DNA of 63,211 bases, counting the filler, from Conidiobolus incongruus B7586 (taxonomy: Eukaryota), in assembly GCA_000697335.1 (NCBI GenBank). It is 5 parts of 5 records of this genome, joined end to end, with 100 filler letters (N's around TTAATTAATTAA, not from the genome) between each part and the next. Parts side by side here need not be neighbours in the genome. Positions count along the whole stretch, not along the records: positions 18,876 to 37,565 come from JNEM01006100.1; positions 37,666 to 49,232 come from JNEM01006101.1; 3 more parts are not named here. One strand, given 5' to 3'. Each line of letters opens with the position of its first letter. Positions within the stretch are counted from its first letter, which is position 1. A program made the position numbers and the translations under genes. Of the stretch, positions 24,997-39,616 are shown one piece after another. A model generated the notes under the pieces. The model saw only the letters and a list, made by a program, of their open reading frames with translations. It was not told where the DNA came from and searched no databases.

Positions 24997-27900
24997 TTAT
25001 AAAGAATTTGTCACTGTCAACGACTCAGAATGAACTAAAATAGTAGGTGGTAAATCTTTAACTAAGCGGTGGAGGAGTCGGTTATATTCCCAACATGTTT
25101 CGCGATCTTTACAAGTACCGAGGACTGGGATAGGAAGGGTACTAATAATTAGTTTGGTGGTTTTTGCTGAGGTAGTGCTTATAATTTGGTTAAGAAGACC
25201 TAGTTGCTTGTTGGGTGACAAATCATTAAATTTTTTCAAAGGCCTTGGGTGGCTTATGGCATCTTCAAATTGAGATAACTGTTGTGTGCGACTGAATTTG
25301 TCATCACCGGTCTGCTCGTCTTCCAAGTATATAAGACCTCGAGTGAGATCCATCTCGCTATTGGCAGACTTTAATGATGATGCGTCACTATGAATGAACT
25401 CAGGAACATTAATCCTAAGGGATGTACCGAGAACAGCATTGGAGTCGTCTATCTGCTTTCGTTTAATGGAAACAGGAGGCGTATGACTCACAAGTGTATC
25501 CGTTAAACTGTTGGGAGTGTGATCTTCATCATTGAAAAATTGAACTAAGCTCTGATTAGCAGATAGTGGATCAGAGGTCATAAACGAATAAGCAGGAAAT
25601 TTATCAAGTGAGATAATATTAATCTCGGCTAAAATTCTTAAATTATTCAGAAGAGTTTGAATTCGAGTATATTCATGATTGATTTCACTCGAATCTTCTA
25701 CAAAACTACAAACTCTAAGTTTAAATGATCTATTCCACTGGGGAATCATATGCAAAATGCATCCGAGCTGCAAAACGAGTGTGTATGAGTCGAAATTTGT
25801 GGTCATTCTATCTTGACCAGTGGATGATACGGTTTGAATCGGCCATAAATCAATATATGGCAGCTTTTGATTCTTTTTGATATTAGAGCACTCGGGAGGA
25901 AGTAATGGGTTAGAAGGATTGTCGAAATTAAAGGCGATACCGATGGCTTTGTTGCAACCAATAACGTCTTCAATAATACCGACATAGTCTCGAATGTCCA
26001 TTATAGGAGCAATTGATATATCTGGATTTCCATCAATCGCCATGGATGTGGAACACTCTGGTAATTTTTTAAAGGTTGAAGATTTAAACGAAGGGTTCGC
26101 GAATTCGCCCAACATGACAACATTAGGTGTCATACCACCCAAACCTGAGCCCAAAATAAGACTTAAAGCACCCCAACGATAGTTATTAGCTAAAAGTAAT
26201 TGAACGAATGCCTTAATCTTGAGATCATCAACGAGTTTCAGCCAATTGAGTCTTGTTTCGTGAAGTTCTTTAAGTCTATTATAGCTAGTATTCTCTTCAC
26301 TCAAGATCAAGTGTCCTAAGATATATAAAGATCCCTTCTTTAAATGATTCATAAACTGAATTAACTCTAGATGCTTATAAGGATCATTAACGAGGAATAA
26401 AATTTGGGGCCTCCAAAACTTAACGTGTTGTTTTCGATAATCTAACCTGAGAAGATATTTACGTACTTGGTGATAGATAATTGATTGAGTAATATCACCC
26501 CAAGGTTTAGGAGGAGATAGTAAATGAAGCACTGTGAACAGTACAATTTCAAAACCTATAGCAATCACTGCGAATGTGGGGTTGACAATTAGCATAGCCA
26601 ATAGGCAAACAAACACACCAAAACCAGCTGTGTAAGAATTAAAGTATCTGAAACTGGGTCTAAAGTTGGGTGCTGAACTTAATCTAAGTAATAAACAAGC
26701 GAAATTGGTAATACAGAATGTAAGACAGAAAAACATGGTGACAATACATGCGACAACATTAATATCACCAGTAAGTAAGAGAGGAAGACCGAGAATGAAA
26801 GAGAGGTAGAGAGCATATTTAGGTTCATCATCTTTTGGAGTCCCATAACCGAAAAACTTTAAAAAGTTGAGCAACTCATCGCGACTGATAGCTTGAAGAA
26901 TTTTTGAAGCACCAATCATACAACTGAGACAACTGCTGAAACTTGTGCTTAAAATACCAATACTGATTAATCCCGAGCTATAGCCGATATCAGACATGGC
27001 ATTCAAATCCTTGACCAATGTCTCACGACTAGTAGTTGCAGCAAAAAGGATTGTGATTAATAGATAGGCTATTAATGTGCTGAATACACCCCATAAAGTT
27101 CCTTTAGGGATGGATTTGCTAGGTTTTCTGAGATTTCCCGACATACTTGCACCTGCCATGATACCAATACATGCAGGGAAAAGTACGCCAAATAAACTTT
27201 GATACGATTCGATGGGTTGACCTGGTGGGTTAAGATTTGGCCAAAGATTGGATTTTAAGGTATCGATACTTAGCCCTGTAAAATAAATATTACTTTCGGG
27301 TATTGAGAATGCAGGACGTACGAAAAACGTGAATACTACTGATAGAGTAGATATCAAAATTATTATAGTACAATATAATGAAATTTGACTGAAAACCTAA
27401 ATATATCAATGTTAAAGTACTATTAATGATAATCATTAATTTATTGGTGCTTACTTTAGAGCCCATTAAATTAAAAAACAGGGTGGCAATCCAGACTATC
27501 GATCCATAGAAAAAGTTCATATACTACAATACAAAATATTAATTAGCTGATATATTTCAAATGATTCAAAATAATAAACATAGTGGATTTGAATAATAAA
27601 TTATATGAATTGCATGATAATTTAATAATTACCTGATCTTCTGGTAATATTTTACAAATCAAACCGTTACTAGTACCGAATAGACCCAGAAGAGCTTCAA
27701 CGAATGCCAAAACATTTAAAACGCCATTTAAAATACCTCCCAAAAAGATAATAATTCCTATAGATCCCCCAAATTCAGGACCTAAACTTCTACTGATTAG
27801 GTAATAAGGACCACCTCCTAGAAACCGGTTTATTAAAGATTTTTATAAATCTTATAAATGGTTTTATTACCTTTCACCGTTCCGTTAGTAGAAATAGCTG

Positions 27901-28222
27901 CGAGGGACAAAGTGGTAGCAATTGTAATACAATAACCAGCTAGCCAAAATGCTAAGGTACCTATGAGACCAACTCGTCCCATAATATATCCGACTCTAAG
28001 GAATAAAATAGCACCCCAAATCGCAGACACTACAGGTATGTAAACACCGTCAAAAGTCCCTAACTTCCCGGAGTTGGAAGTGCGAGAAGGTGGTGCTTGC
28101 AGAAGCTCCTGACCTGCTTCGGACAGTAAAGGACTCCGCTCGCTGGAATTCGAATTCGTGACCGGGCTCTTTGAGGGTACATGGAGATAAATATTATTTA
28201 TATTAGCAGATTCTGAGCTCAT
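24997..28222 (-). CDS. SLC12/cation-chloride cotransporter (Vhc1/SLC12A9-like), about 1001 aa, 4 exons
   Basis: Exons 28222-27871, 27817-27633, 27523-27455 and 27396-24997 splice in frame. CCC motifs [78 protein letters not shown] and HVKFWRPQIL. Confidence 0.94.
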
Positions 28223-28371
28223 AAAACGAAAGAGAAATAGAATATGTTAGATATATTAAATTTTTATTATTATAAGTTGTTAATTGATATTTATATAATA
28301 TTAAATGTATTCAAAAACAATTAAACAGATAATTTTCAGAGTGAATAAAGTTATTTTACAGTTTTTATATT

Positions 28372-28398
28372 TAATAATAATAATAATAATAATAATAA
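28372..28398. repeat. (TAA)9 microsatellite
   Basis: Tandem TAA units upstream of the SLC12 gene. Confidence 0.85.
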
Positions 28399-29359
28399 TT
28401 TTGTATTCAATTAATATTCTATTTTATCACTTAATATATTCAACGTTATCAAGAGTATAAAATAGTTTATATGTTTTAAATTCTTATTAATTAAAAGTGT
28501 TAAATTACAATCAAAATTAAAAATCAATTGAAAGCTTAAAATTTAAGCTAACAATTTATCGATCTATTTAGCCTTGTATATCTTTCAAACCGGTTTGCCT
28601 GAGCCTAGGTTTCATCCTGGATAAAAATTAATTGGTAGTTTGAAATATTTTGTATTAATGATGTAAATCTGTAATAAAAAATGTGGAGATTGGTTGGATT
28701 CATGATTTCATTTGATACAAGGAAAACTATTTAATACGCCAAATATTTTCTTATTATTCCCTGTCTCAATTCTTATCACCTTGCAATAATTTTTGTAATA
28801 TAAATTTGTAAATGATGATTTCGACAGAAAATGAGCTTGGGATTAATTTGAATGAGAAAAATATATTGACAACATATGAAATAAATTGCTATATCGGTCA
28901 GTTGATATTAATTAATATGGATTGAATATCAAAATGATTAAATAGTTGTTTGTTACATTAAAATATGTTATACTAATAATTTGATTCTGGAATCAGAATT
29001 AATTTGCATTTAATGTGTATTTTTAATTTTGAAGTGAATAAGTGTGACTTGAAAATATATTTTCAAATATCACAGGGCTATTAAAATAATAAATTAAAAC
29101 TTCCTTGGATATTGATTTTGATTCAATTAGCAATTGGTTTATTCAAACAAGTTTTATAATGGCTTTTAGTTTAAAACATTTTTCGATGATCAAAAAAAGA
29201 ATAAATGGATTATTCATTAATATATAATTAAAATCAATATAATTTAATATTAAAAACACAAGTTATGATTTATTCATTTCTAAATATTAAATTAATTAAT
29301 TAATTATGATATTAAAAAAACAAATTTAAATATTTAATTATTTTAACAATGACATAAAA

Positions 29360-30934
29360 TCAATTCCATTTGTTATGCTTTTCAGCAATTGCTTGGACTG
29401 CTGTGTGCAATTCTTCATTCTGTTTTTGAAGTGCAATAACTTTATCAATCAGATCACTATTCTCTTTGACTAAGCCTTCAACCTTTTCTTCAAAGTTTTC
29501 TAAGTTAAATTCAGCGTTAGGCTCAATAGGGAATGGCATGACACTCGGATGCGGCTCTGGAAGAATCTCATATAGTCTATTCAATACATTAGACGTGTCA
29601 TCATACTTGGTCTGAACAGCTTCCAGCTCCTCTGTCGCGCGTTGAAGTTGACGTATAAGATCTTGCTCATTGTCGTCATCATCTGAGTTGGACTTAAGGG
29701 ACACGCGCTCCAATTTATTCATAAGATGATGAATTCGATTATCTAATTCTTCCGTCGTCTTTTGTTGGCGTTCTGCGAGGCTTTTCCACTGATTCTTCTC
29801 TTCTTTAAGTTCCCTGACTTTATCCTCCCACTCACGATTTATATTTTTCACCAGGATATTGAATTGTTCTTCCTTTCTCTCTTCGAGCTTCTGGATGGTA
29901 GTGTGAGCTTGATCAAGTTGATGGCTCAAACTCTCCAGTTTTTGATTCAATTGTGCTTGCTTGAACTTGTGATTATCTTCATGCGAGTTCATTTGACATG
30001 ATTTTGCATTTTCAATCTTTTCTTTGAGGTGTTGAATTTCAAAATCTTTGTGAGCAATTTGTTTCTTCAGTTCATCTACTTGAATCTGAGCAATAGTTAA
30101 TTGTAATGAAGTCGCCTCATTATCTTGGATGGTTGCAGAGTATAATGCACTTGGGTTAGGCTTTACAATTGGCTCGGGTTTGGGTGGTTCCGGAGAATTT
30201 CTTGAAGACCTATTTTCCGATGTCATAGCTTTCCATTTTGAGTTTAGTTCAACTTTCTCTTGTTCTAATTTTGTGATTCCTACACTTAGTACGGCGACAT
30301 CATGCTCTAGAATGCGCTTTTGAAGTTCCCATCCTTGTTGTGTAAGCTTCCATACTTCTGTCGCCACTTCGTCCACCTTGTCATTCGCGGCAGCAAGTTG
30401 TTCATGCGCTTGCTTTGCAAGTTTCTTGTTCGATGCGTGCAACTGGGTGAGTGCATAGGCAGCATCCCTTACCTTTGCTTCTAATAGCATCCGGGTCTTA
30501 AGTGACTGCGTCCTAGATTGAACAAATTTCAAATTCTATAAAATTATTATAACTGAAATAAATAAATACTTAATACACTCTACCTTCTTACACTCTTCAA
30601 CATCTAATAAATCTAGAGCTTTAAAGTCTTTTGAATCGTTGATTGCTTGACTGAGCAATAACTGCATTAATAATTCGTCAGCAGTCCTCAGTAAAGAATC
30701 GGTATTTAGACAGTTGCCAGGTTGTCGTAGTGGTACTTCTGGATTCTGCAACAGATCGTAGATTTTCCTGGGAGCGATTGCTTGTACGTCTGTGGACGAA
30801 GAATGAGGCTCCGAATCGCCCGAAGAATAAGCGGAATCAGCATTGGACGATGTACTCTTGGACATCGTTGTACTACCTGTCATACTCACCTTTTTAAAGG
30901 TATGAGTATTGACAGTGCGATCTTTTTTTAGCAT
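29360..30934 (-). CDS. Uds1 (up-regulated during septation 1) domain coiled-coil protein, about 508 aa, 2 exons
   Basis: Exons 30934-30584 and 30535-29360 (48-nt GT-AG intron). Uds1-type segment LLLSQAINDSKDFKALDLLDVEECKK..LEAKVRDAAYALTQL..LQKRILEHDVAVL, followed by long heptad coiled coils. Confidence 0.8.
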
Positions 30935-31229
30935 ACTCTAAAACTCAACACAAGATGAATTACTACAAATATAAATTAGAGAATTAAATTAATAAAAGTT
31001 GGTATAAAGTGCTTTAATAGTATTTATATATTATATTGTTGATTATATGGATTAGAAATGTTATTAAATTGACTAAAAATTTCCTATTGGATTGGAGTAC
31101 TCGATAAGCTTGATTTAAATTCTAGTTAATTGATTCATTAATTCGCATCAACTAGGGAAATTTTTGTTAAAATTGATGATATAATCGAATATTATGGAAG
31201 TTAATATTATACAATATTTATTAAATCGT

Positions 31230-31231
<2 letters not shown>

Positions 31232-31269
<38 letters not shown>
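31232..31269. repeat. (AT)n microsatellite
   Basis: About 19 AT units just downstream of the Zn2Cys6 stop codon. Confidence 0.9.
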
Positions 31270-31273
<4 letters not shown>

Positions 31274-31283
31274 GTACGATCGA

Positions 31284-33245
31284 TTATATACTTAATGCAA
31301 GTTGCTGAATGTATTGATTGAGACCAGCTGCTATGAGCCATTTCTGACTGCCTTCAGCAATGAAATTCAGAAGATGATCAAAGTTCATCTTGACCAATTC
31401 AATGAGGGGTTGGTTCTTAAGTATCTTGATGTTTCTAAGGTGGATAAGCATGAAGTTGAAGAGACAACCCCAGTAGTAATGGAGGCTCTTGAGGATGAAC
31501 GCTTGGCGATGCTTGAGGAGCGCCTGCGTTCCAAGACATGCAGCGAGGTTGACTTTATCGGTAGGTGAAAGTGAAATGAAGCACTCAAGACTGATAGTTT
31601 CGAACTGTGGTTGGATATATTCGGGTCTGAGATTCATTGACTGGTTCAAGTGAGGACGATTAAGAAGAATTACCATGGAGAGATATCGTATAAGTAGGGC
31701 ACACTCCAGGTAATTGCGGTGGTCAGGTACGGTAATCAAAGTCTCATTGAAACTTGACTGAGGGCGGAAGGCTTGAACAGCATTGAAATACCACATATGC
31801 AGATCCATTTCTGCATACTGAGTCTCTTCCCAAAATTTAAGGTAATCGGGATTGTGTCTATGTTCCTCAGTGATAGTGGCGTCGAAAAGAGCTGTGGTCT
31901 TCATGTTGGGGGAAAGATGAGGGTAATGATTGGATAGGCTAGGGAATTTGGTGACCATGAGTTTGAATTCTACTAAACTTCTGAAAAAATGAACTTGGTC
32001 AACAGGATTTGGAAACTCTGATCTCACATAATTGGTAAAAGGGAGATTATCATCGAGCTCAGGGATGTATTCGGGAAGGTTAAAAAGTGCGATGTTTTCC
32101 AGGTTGAAAAGAGATGGGAAGCCAATAGTATGAGAATATTGCTGGTCACTGATGAAAAGACAGCACAAAGCACGGGTCCTTAACTCGTTTGTGATCCTTG
32201 ATAAACGATTATTTTTCTGGTGGATTCCCAAGGCCCAAGCCATCGAGATACTTGTGTGATATAAATTTAGCGTGTTGAACACTGGGACTCTCTCTTCGGT
32301 AAGGGGAGGGCGGTAAATTGAAGTCAGTAAAAGGGCCTGCAAGGTGGCAAGAGAAGGCCTAAATTGTAGGAGTTTGATAAATTGTTCGACAGTGTAGTAG
32401 AAATATTGTCTCAGCGGAGAAATTAAAGTGCTAAAGGTATAAAAATCAACTCCACGTAAACATAGCACGTTAATCAGGAGAGCTTGATCCATGTCCAAAT
32501 GGCTGCTTTCTAAAATATTATAAATATATTGCTGTGTTAGCATAGGGTATAAGGGGCTAACGTGAAAAAAGAATAATCCAACTAATTGACGAACTAGTTG
32601 ACTCTTCTGAATAGGTTCGCCCAATACTGTGTTAAATCCACCATGCTTGTAAAGCTGATCCAAAGTTTTGGCTTTGACCTTAGAAGGATCTCTTCGATTT
32701 CTAATAGTGATAGGCTGTAGGTGATTTTCGCTGTATTTGGGGAGCTGACCACCCTCTTGCTCGTTCATCATAATATACACTGTATTACTGACACTGGGAT
32801 AGGGCAAAAATGCAGCTACTACTAGATTAGGGTTATCTGCTAAATTTGACTTTAATGAAGTGTCTTTTGTAAGTACATATTTGAAGGTTGAAGGTAAAAA
32901 CTCATTTTGAAATTGAATCTGAGGCATACTCCTGCAGGGACGAGGGAAATAAGGATACCTCGTGACCTGCTGATTGTGAGGAATAATAGCATTAGATTCT
33001 AGTTTAATAACTGTGGTTTGATTTTGATTGTTGTACTCTAAGTATTTTCGGTGGTTAGGTCTGGCTTTGGCTGAACCTAAAACTCCGTATGTGCAAGGAG
33101 TTTCGGCTTGGATGCATTTCACACAGGGAAAACCTTTATCACAGCCTATTTTTCTCAACCTACAAAAATCACAAGCCATTGTACGCTTTTTGGACGCTGG
33201 AATAGGAACTGGGGAAGGAGACAAGCTTTGAGGCGTTACAATCAT
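31284..33245 (-). CDS. Zn(II)2Cys6 fungal transcription factor with fungal-specific middle homology region, 653 aa
   Basis: ACDFCRLRKIGCDKGFPCVKCIQAETPCTY binuclear cluster. MHR motifs LFFFHVSPLYPML, TLQALLL and SISMAWALGIHQ..ELRTRALCCLFISDQQYS..GFP. Confidence 0.93.
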   Translation of the reverse strand: MIVTPQSLSPSPVPIPASKKRTMACDFCRLRKIGCDKGFPCVKCIQAETPCTYGVLGSAKARPNHRKYLEYNNQNQTTVIKLESNAIIPHNQQVTRYPYFPRPCRSMPQIQFQNEFLPSTFKYVLTKDTSLKSNLADNPNLVVAAFLPYPSVSNTVYIMMNEQEGGQLPKYSENHLQPITIRNRRDPSKVKAKTLDQLYKHGGFNTVLGEPIQKSQLVRQLVGLFFFHVSPLYPMLTQQYIYNILESSHLDMDQALLINVLCLRGVDFYTFSTLISPLRQYFYYTVEQFIKLLQFRPSLATLQALLLTSIYRPPLTEERVPVFNTLNLYHTSISMAWALGIHQKNNRLSRITNELRTRALCCLFISDQQYSHTIGFPSLFNLENIALFNLPEYIPELDDNLPFTNYVRSEFPNPVDQVHFFRSLVEFKLMVTKFPSLSNHYPHLSPNMKTTALFDATITEEHRHNPDYLKFWEETQYAEMDLHMWYFNAVQAFRPQSSFNETLITVPDHRNYLECALLIRYLSMVILLNRPHLNQSMNLRPEYIQPQFETISLECFISLSPTDKVNLAACLGTQALLKHRQAFILKSLHYYWGCLFNFMLIHLRNIKILKNQPLIELVKMNFDHLLNFIAEGSQKWLIAAGLNQYIQQLALSI

Positions 33246-36200
33246 ATTAGTAAATAAAATAATATAAATATAAATAATTAAAAGTATTATACAAGTAAGG
33301 TTGATTAGAATTTATCTTAATTTAGCAATATTAAATATAAAAATACAAAAATTATTAAAGAATATGATTGATACTCAAAGTTCACTATAAATGTTAAGAC
33401 TTAAATATACAAGATGAAAAAGAGCTGATTACCAAATTACAGGGAACTTGATCATTTATAAATTAACTGTTAATAAAAATAACGGAGTTGATTAGAAATT
33501 TCGTATTTTACAAAATTGGGAATTATTTTAATTTATTTTTTTTATCCACTTTCAATTTTTCACGTCCAATTATCCATATATTTTAACAAATCCAATTATT
33601 ATGACTTTTTATTTCTACTAAACCGAAATTAATAGTAAATTACACACAATTACTTTAAATATTGTAATATTTATTTTTAATTGGCTCAATCTTTGACAAT
33701 CTAATGCACCCAGCCGGAGTTGCCCAATTAATGAAATTCACTAATAACCTTTTACCGATATATTAATTTAATCACTTCGAATTATCTCTTATCACTATTC
33801 TCAACTCCAATATTCTATTTATTTGCCGTGTTATTACTTGTTTTGATTATTCGATAAAGTATCAAAATAAAATCCATAATTAATAGACTAATTCCATCAC
33901 TCTGGTCAGTTGTTTTAATGATATCATTTGAATTAAATTATTTATAGAGGACAAGAATTCAAAATATAACGTAAATCTTAGTGGTTAGTCAATGGATCTC
34001 TATTCTTTGAAAGAGATGATTGTTGAGTTGGAAATATTGCGACATCGTTAACACTTACCCCTTGAGGAAAGACTATCTCATTTTCTGAGACACACAAACT
34101 TAACATACAATTAATGATTCTCTCATTCAATAAGTGTTTAGAGTGGATGGCACTATGAGCACATTACTCATTGGCTTCATAATCTTACTGTATACTTACA
34201 GTTAATTCGGACAAAATATATTAACTGACAAATTGCAATATATTTAATGTTTTAAAATAATTAAAATATAGAATTTTTGAAACTAATTATTGTTTAATTG
34301 ATGTATTTGTAAATAATATAGATTCAATTTTTTTTAATTAATTCCGAAAATTATTAGTATTTCAAAAATCAAAATAATAATAAATTTAAGAGCTGATAGA
34401 TAGATTATATATATATGATAATATGTTTGATATTATTTACTAATAATGATAGTTATACATTAAACTCAACTGTCAATAAAAATCCTTATATAGCATTTAT
34501 TTATCTATACTGTCGAAAACACATTTTGATGTTATATAAATCATTTTCAAAGCTTTAAGAAAATTCGAATGCTTCTTCACATTTTGACAGTGATATAAGC
34601 CTAGATTAATAACTGATTGAATAAGGATTAATACAATAAACTTCTTGTGGTTCCAAGTAACAAAAGATTATCACACCTTACCAAATTGGCTACAAAAGCG
34701 AGTTCACTTAAAAAAACATAATCGGTACAATTCAAGTTAAAAATTCATCCCAATTGAATTATCATCAATACCAGAAAAATCTCTCAAAGTGGAGTTAGAA
34801 TATCAAATATTCTTCAAGACTCATAAAAATGTGACAATTCATTTATATTATTTAACCTTTAGAAAGATTTCTTTTAGATGGATATTCCAGACATTTTAAC
34901 GATTTTAAGGTTGCACAGATAAGTTATAATGGGCTAGAATACTTGGTTATTTGAAAGATGAATAAGTCAATTTTCAATCAAACAATTAATTTAGTTTTCT
35001 TTTATATAATTCATTATTATTTCAACATTACATAATATTATATTTATTTTACTATTGAAATTAACACCATCTTTAACACTCAATATCAGATTCAACTAAC
35101 GGTAATACTGTAGCGATCAGGAATATTGAATCATAATATGAAAATATAGTCAAAGCTTTGTTGAATTTCAAAGTATTTTATAATAAAGGAAATATAACGA
35201 TAAAAATAAGCCCTTTTAATATTGTTTGAGTAATAATTTTCTATTTTAAATATCTAAAATTGGGAATTTACACTGTATTAAATTAAAAAAATTAGTTGAT
35301 AATATTCATTATGGATAATTGAAACTAAAATTACTTCCGACTGGATTACTCAATAAAGAAATTCCAAATAATTAAAAAAGTATTAATTTGATATATTAAT
35401 TATTCATTTTTTATTTTACATTATATTTATTCAAAAATCTCTCAAATCTGAATCTATAAAATTTATGTAAATTTTAATATTTTGATATTAAACTTTAAAT
35501 ATTCATATAAGAAGTTATTTGATAAATAGATAGATAAAGGTACTATGAAAATAGAATAAAATAAAATTTTTAAAATTAATTCAAAAAATTCAAAAATTTC
35601 TCAAGAACTATAAAATCATATTAAATTATACGTGATTACAATTATTTAACAAGTTTGTTATCTGTTTACATATTATTTATTAACTAGTCAGGTTTTTCTC
35701 ATTATTTCAAAGTGAATAAAATGTTGCAAATATACCGAATTTAAAATCCAAAATAATTGAAATTATCAAGTTTTTTTGTTATTATTAATCGATTAATTCG
35801 AATTAAAGCCGTTTTAGCTGGTTATAATTTTAATTTATTAAGATTAATATACTATTTATAATCAATTAATCAATAGTTTGGATGATTGATTATTTTTAGT
35901 CATATTAGCCATTTTCAATTTTACAATTTATGAGGGGGAAAATTGAGTTTGAGTGATAAATTGATATGATTTAATAAATTTTAAGAGTATATTCATGAAT
36001 GATCAAATAGAAAAGAAATGCCATTTTAAGAATTCAGTGTATAATTCCCTAAATTTATTAATAACATTTACCACAATCAAATTACTTCTTAATTTATATT
36101 ATAGTTTAAATATAAATCACTATTGGGTTAGAAATTCTATTAAACAAATAAACAGTTGATCAATTTTCCAGAATGAATGAACTATAAATTAGTTATTATT

Positions 36201-37565
36201 CTATGATAAACATTAAAAAATGATATAGTATACAAATAATCATTAATACATAAGGTATTCAATAATGGAATAATGTAAAAAACTTGAAATAGTATTATAA
36301 AATTAAAAATAGTCACAATTTTTTATATATAGATCTATTTTCATTTTATTTAACTTTTATTATCTATTAAGAGTCACTTATTGAGATACAAAAATTTTAA
36401 TAAATTTAGCAAATATATTTGGACATATTCAGTAATCTTATGCTTTTTAGTTAATATTAAATTTATATAAAATCAGTATTTTATCTTATTTTCATCTATT
36501 TTATAACTATTAAAAAAATCAAAATGAATCATTATTTTCAATTTAACATATAATAAATAATCACATATTCATTTAAATTTATTTTTGTTATAATATTCAT
36601 GAGAAATATGGAGAAGAAAGTATTATAATATCCAAAAATAGAAAGGGGAAAAGCTATTTTAAGGAACTTCCATTACCATATTTATTTAATTTAGTGGATT
36701 TTTAATGATATTAATTACAAATTGAAATTTAAATTTTGCTATTATTATATAATTTTGGATAATTATGAAGGATCAATTAATTATGATAAATTCAATTTCA
36801 TCAAATAAATAATATTAATATTTAAAATTTAAAGAGAAAATTTTTTAAATATCAATCAAATTCAATTTGAATAAATAGAAATTTTTTTGTTTTTTAAATT
36901 TATAAGATTATGTTTTATATTAAAATTTTCAATATATTATCATGGAAATTAGATTAAAAAGTTATTTTTTAAAGAATTTTTTATTTTATTAAAATATTTT
37001 AATATTACTTTAGATAAATTATAGCCATTATTATATATTAGAATAATAAATTTAATGAAATATAATTATCTTATTAATTTGTAATAAAATAATATATTAA
37101 CAAAAATAAATTCAATTGATATTATTAAAAGATTAGTTCTTTAAATTCTTATATATATTTCTTTATAATTCAATTAACTTTAAATTATATGATTAATTTA
37201 TACTTTTATAATTAAATTAATTATATAAATAATATTAAATTATTTGATAAATTAGGTTTTTTTTCTCTTAAATTTTACTATTTTTTATCTTTTTTATTAT
37301 TTCTAAAATTGAAACTAAATTTTATTAATATTATAGTATATTAACATTACTTAATATAAATCTTAATATATTAGTGACTTATCTTAGTTTAAAGCTTAAT
37401 TAAACTTTGTTTATATATTCACACAATATTGTATATTATATTATTATATTTTATACTATATTACTTTTATATTAAGTTTTTTTTTCTATACTATATTAAT
37501 TACCTTTTATTATTATTTTTATATAATAACAATAATAAAACTATTAAAATCTTTATTAGAAAATT

Positions 37566-37665
37566 NNNNNNNNNNNNNNNNNNNNNNNNNNNNNNNNNNN
37601 NNNNNNNNNTTAATTAATTAANNNNNNNNNNNNNNNNNNNNNNNNNNNNNNNNNNNNNNNNNNNN
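37566..37665. other. Assembly gap with artificial spacer
   Basis: N44-TTAATTAATTAA-N44. Confidence 0.97.
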
Positions 37666-37666
37666 T

Positions 37667-38498
37667 ACCAATGTTATCGCCACCAAAAACCCATATGCTC
37701 AAACGAAAATTATTTTTGCGGCTCATTTCGATTCTAAATTCTTTGCCAAACCCGAGAATACATTCGTCGGAGCTACTGATTCGGCAGTTCCTTGTGCTTT
37801 ACTGTTGGATATGGCTATGACATTGAATTCTTTGTTGGAAAAAAGCCAAACTAGCAATAATTCAACTACTATTCAATTAGTGTTCTTTGATGGAGAGGAA
37901 GCTTTTCAGGAATGGACTAATACTGATTCGATTTATGGTGCAAGGTAATTTCCATATATTGGTTATCAGCAATTAATAAGGTTAATAATTTGGAAAGACA
38001 TTTAGCAGCTCAATGGACTGAAGATCCATCCATTGACTATTATAAAAATATCCCCACACTCAAGAGTAAAATCGAAAGCATTGAACTATTTGTCCTCTTG
38101 GATTTATTGGGTGCTCCTGGTACACCCGTCTATAGTTTGAATAGGCCAACACATCACTATTTTGAAATTCTTCACGAATTGGAGAATGTCATTTTTAAAA
38201 ATGGATTCCATCCCAATTCCCTTAGACAGCATCAATTCATCAATCAGCAAATTGATTCTTACGTGGATGACGATCATCGTCCATTCTTGGAGAAGGATGT
38301 CCCCGTACTTCATCTCATTCCAGTTCCTTTCCCTAAAGTTTGGCATAAAATGACGGTACATTTATTATATTTCATTATATAATTCATATTAATTTTTATC
38401 ATTAGGACAATGCTAATGCACTTTCCAATCCCGTTATTCAACATTTGAGTTTAGTGTTTAGGGCTTTTGCAGCTCAATTGCTTTGTTTAGATGTTTAA
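37667..38498 (+). CDS. QPCT: Glutaminyl-peptide cyclotransferase (M28 fold), 5'-partial (N-terminus lost in the gap)
   Basis: Exons <37667-37944, 37998-38355 and 38406-38498. Motifs NVIAT..AAHFDSK..FVGATDSAVPCA, FFDGEEAF..WT.TDSIYGARHLA, LFVLLDLLG, DDDHRPFL..VPVLHLIP.PFP.VWH..DNA. Confidence 0.92.
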
Positions 38499-39616
38499 AA
38501 CCGAATTAATATACTTACTATGTTAAAATTAATCAATAAACTCATTATATCGCTGATAACTTAATGTCGTTTATCTGAAATAAGAAATTTAAACTGACCA
38601 AGGTATTTGATTCAAATAAAAAGGTACAAAAATTGCCAATATATCTAAATATATGATACAGATTAAAAAGAAAAATTGATAATCAAAAATATAATTATTA
38701 TTATTATTAATTAATCACTAAGATTTATATAATGTGAGATGTATATTTAAAGATATATTAAAATCAAAATTTTGATATTTTACGCTCTTTGAAATATCAA
38801 CTACTCAACTTTCAGCAACAATCATTTTCAATCACTAAATCTTCAAAATTATCAATTTTATTTCAAACAGTGTGTATACCATAGAAATATTATGCTTTCC
38901 AGTTTTCATTGATAAAAATAAAAATTGAATAGTTAACTATTTATTAGTTTAGTTTATGATTATATATTGATATTTCCCATATTAATTTAAATGAACTAAT
39001 TTGATATTGTTAAAGATGAAATATCTACTTTAGTCAATATATTTGTAAAATATATTTATTTTGATGAAATAAATATAACATTGATAATATAGAACTGTTT
39101 TTTAACAATTGACTATATATTAAAATATATCTTTTATTGTAAAATATTAATAGCTATAAATCATATCAGCATAAATTATAAATATTTAATACAAATTATT
39201 CTGATATTTTCTTTATTACCAATCAGGATATTTAGGAATAGTTAAAATTTTTTGTACTAAACTTTAATATTATACTTAAATGACTATTATACAGACAATG
39301 TATCATTTTTAAACCACTCAATAAATTATATTATATGAATCTTTAGAATTGTCAAATATTTAAATTCGTTTTTTACTATTTGGTTGAAAAAAAAAATATA
39401 TACAATTCAATATGATTGGTTCAAAGTCAAAATCACCATTTTGTAATTATTTGTAATATATTATTATGATATTATTACACAGTAATAATTAAATACCTAT
39501 CATTTCATTCGCACTTCTTTAAGCTTTTTAATCATTTCAAAAATTAAAAAAAACCTTCTTTCAGTTTATTACCACTGGTCTAATCAATAATATTTGAAAA
39601 ATATATATTAATATCA

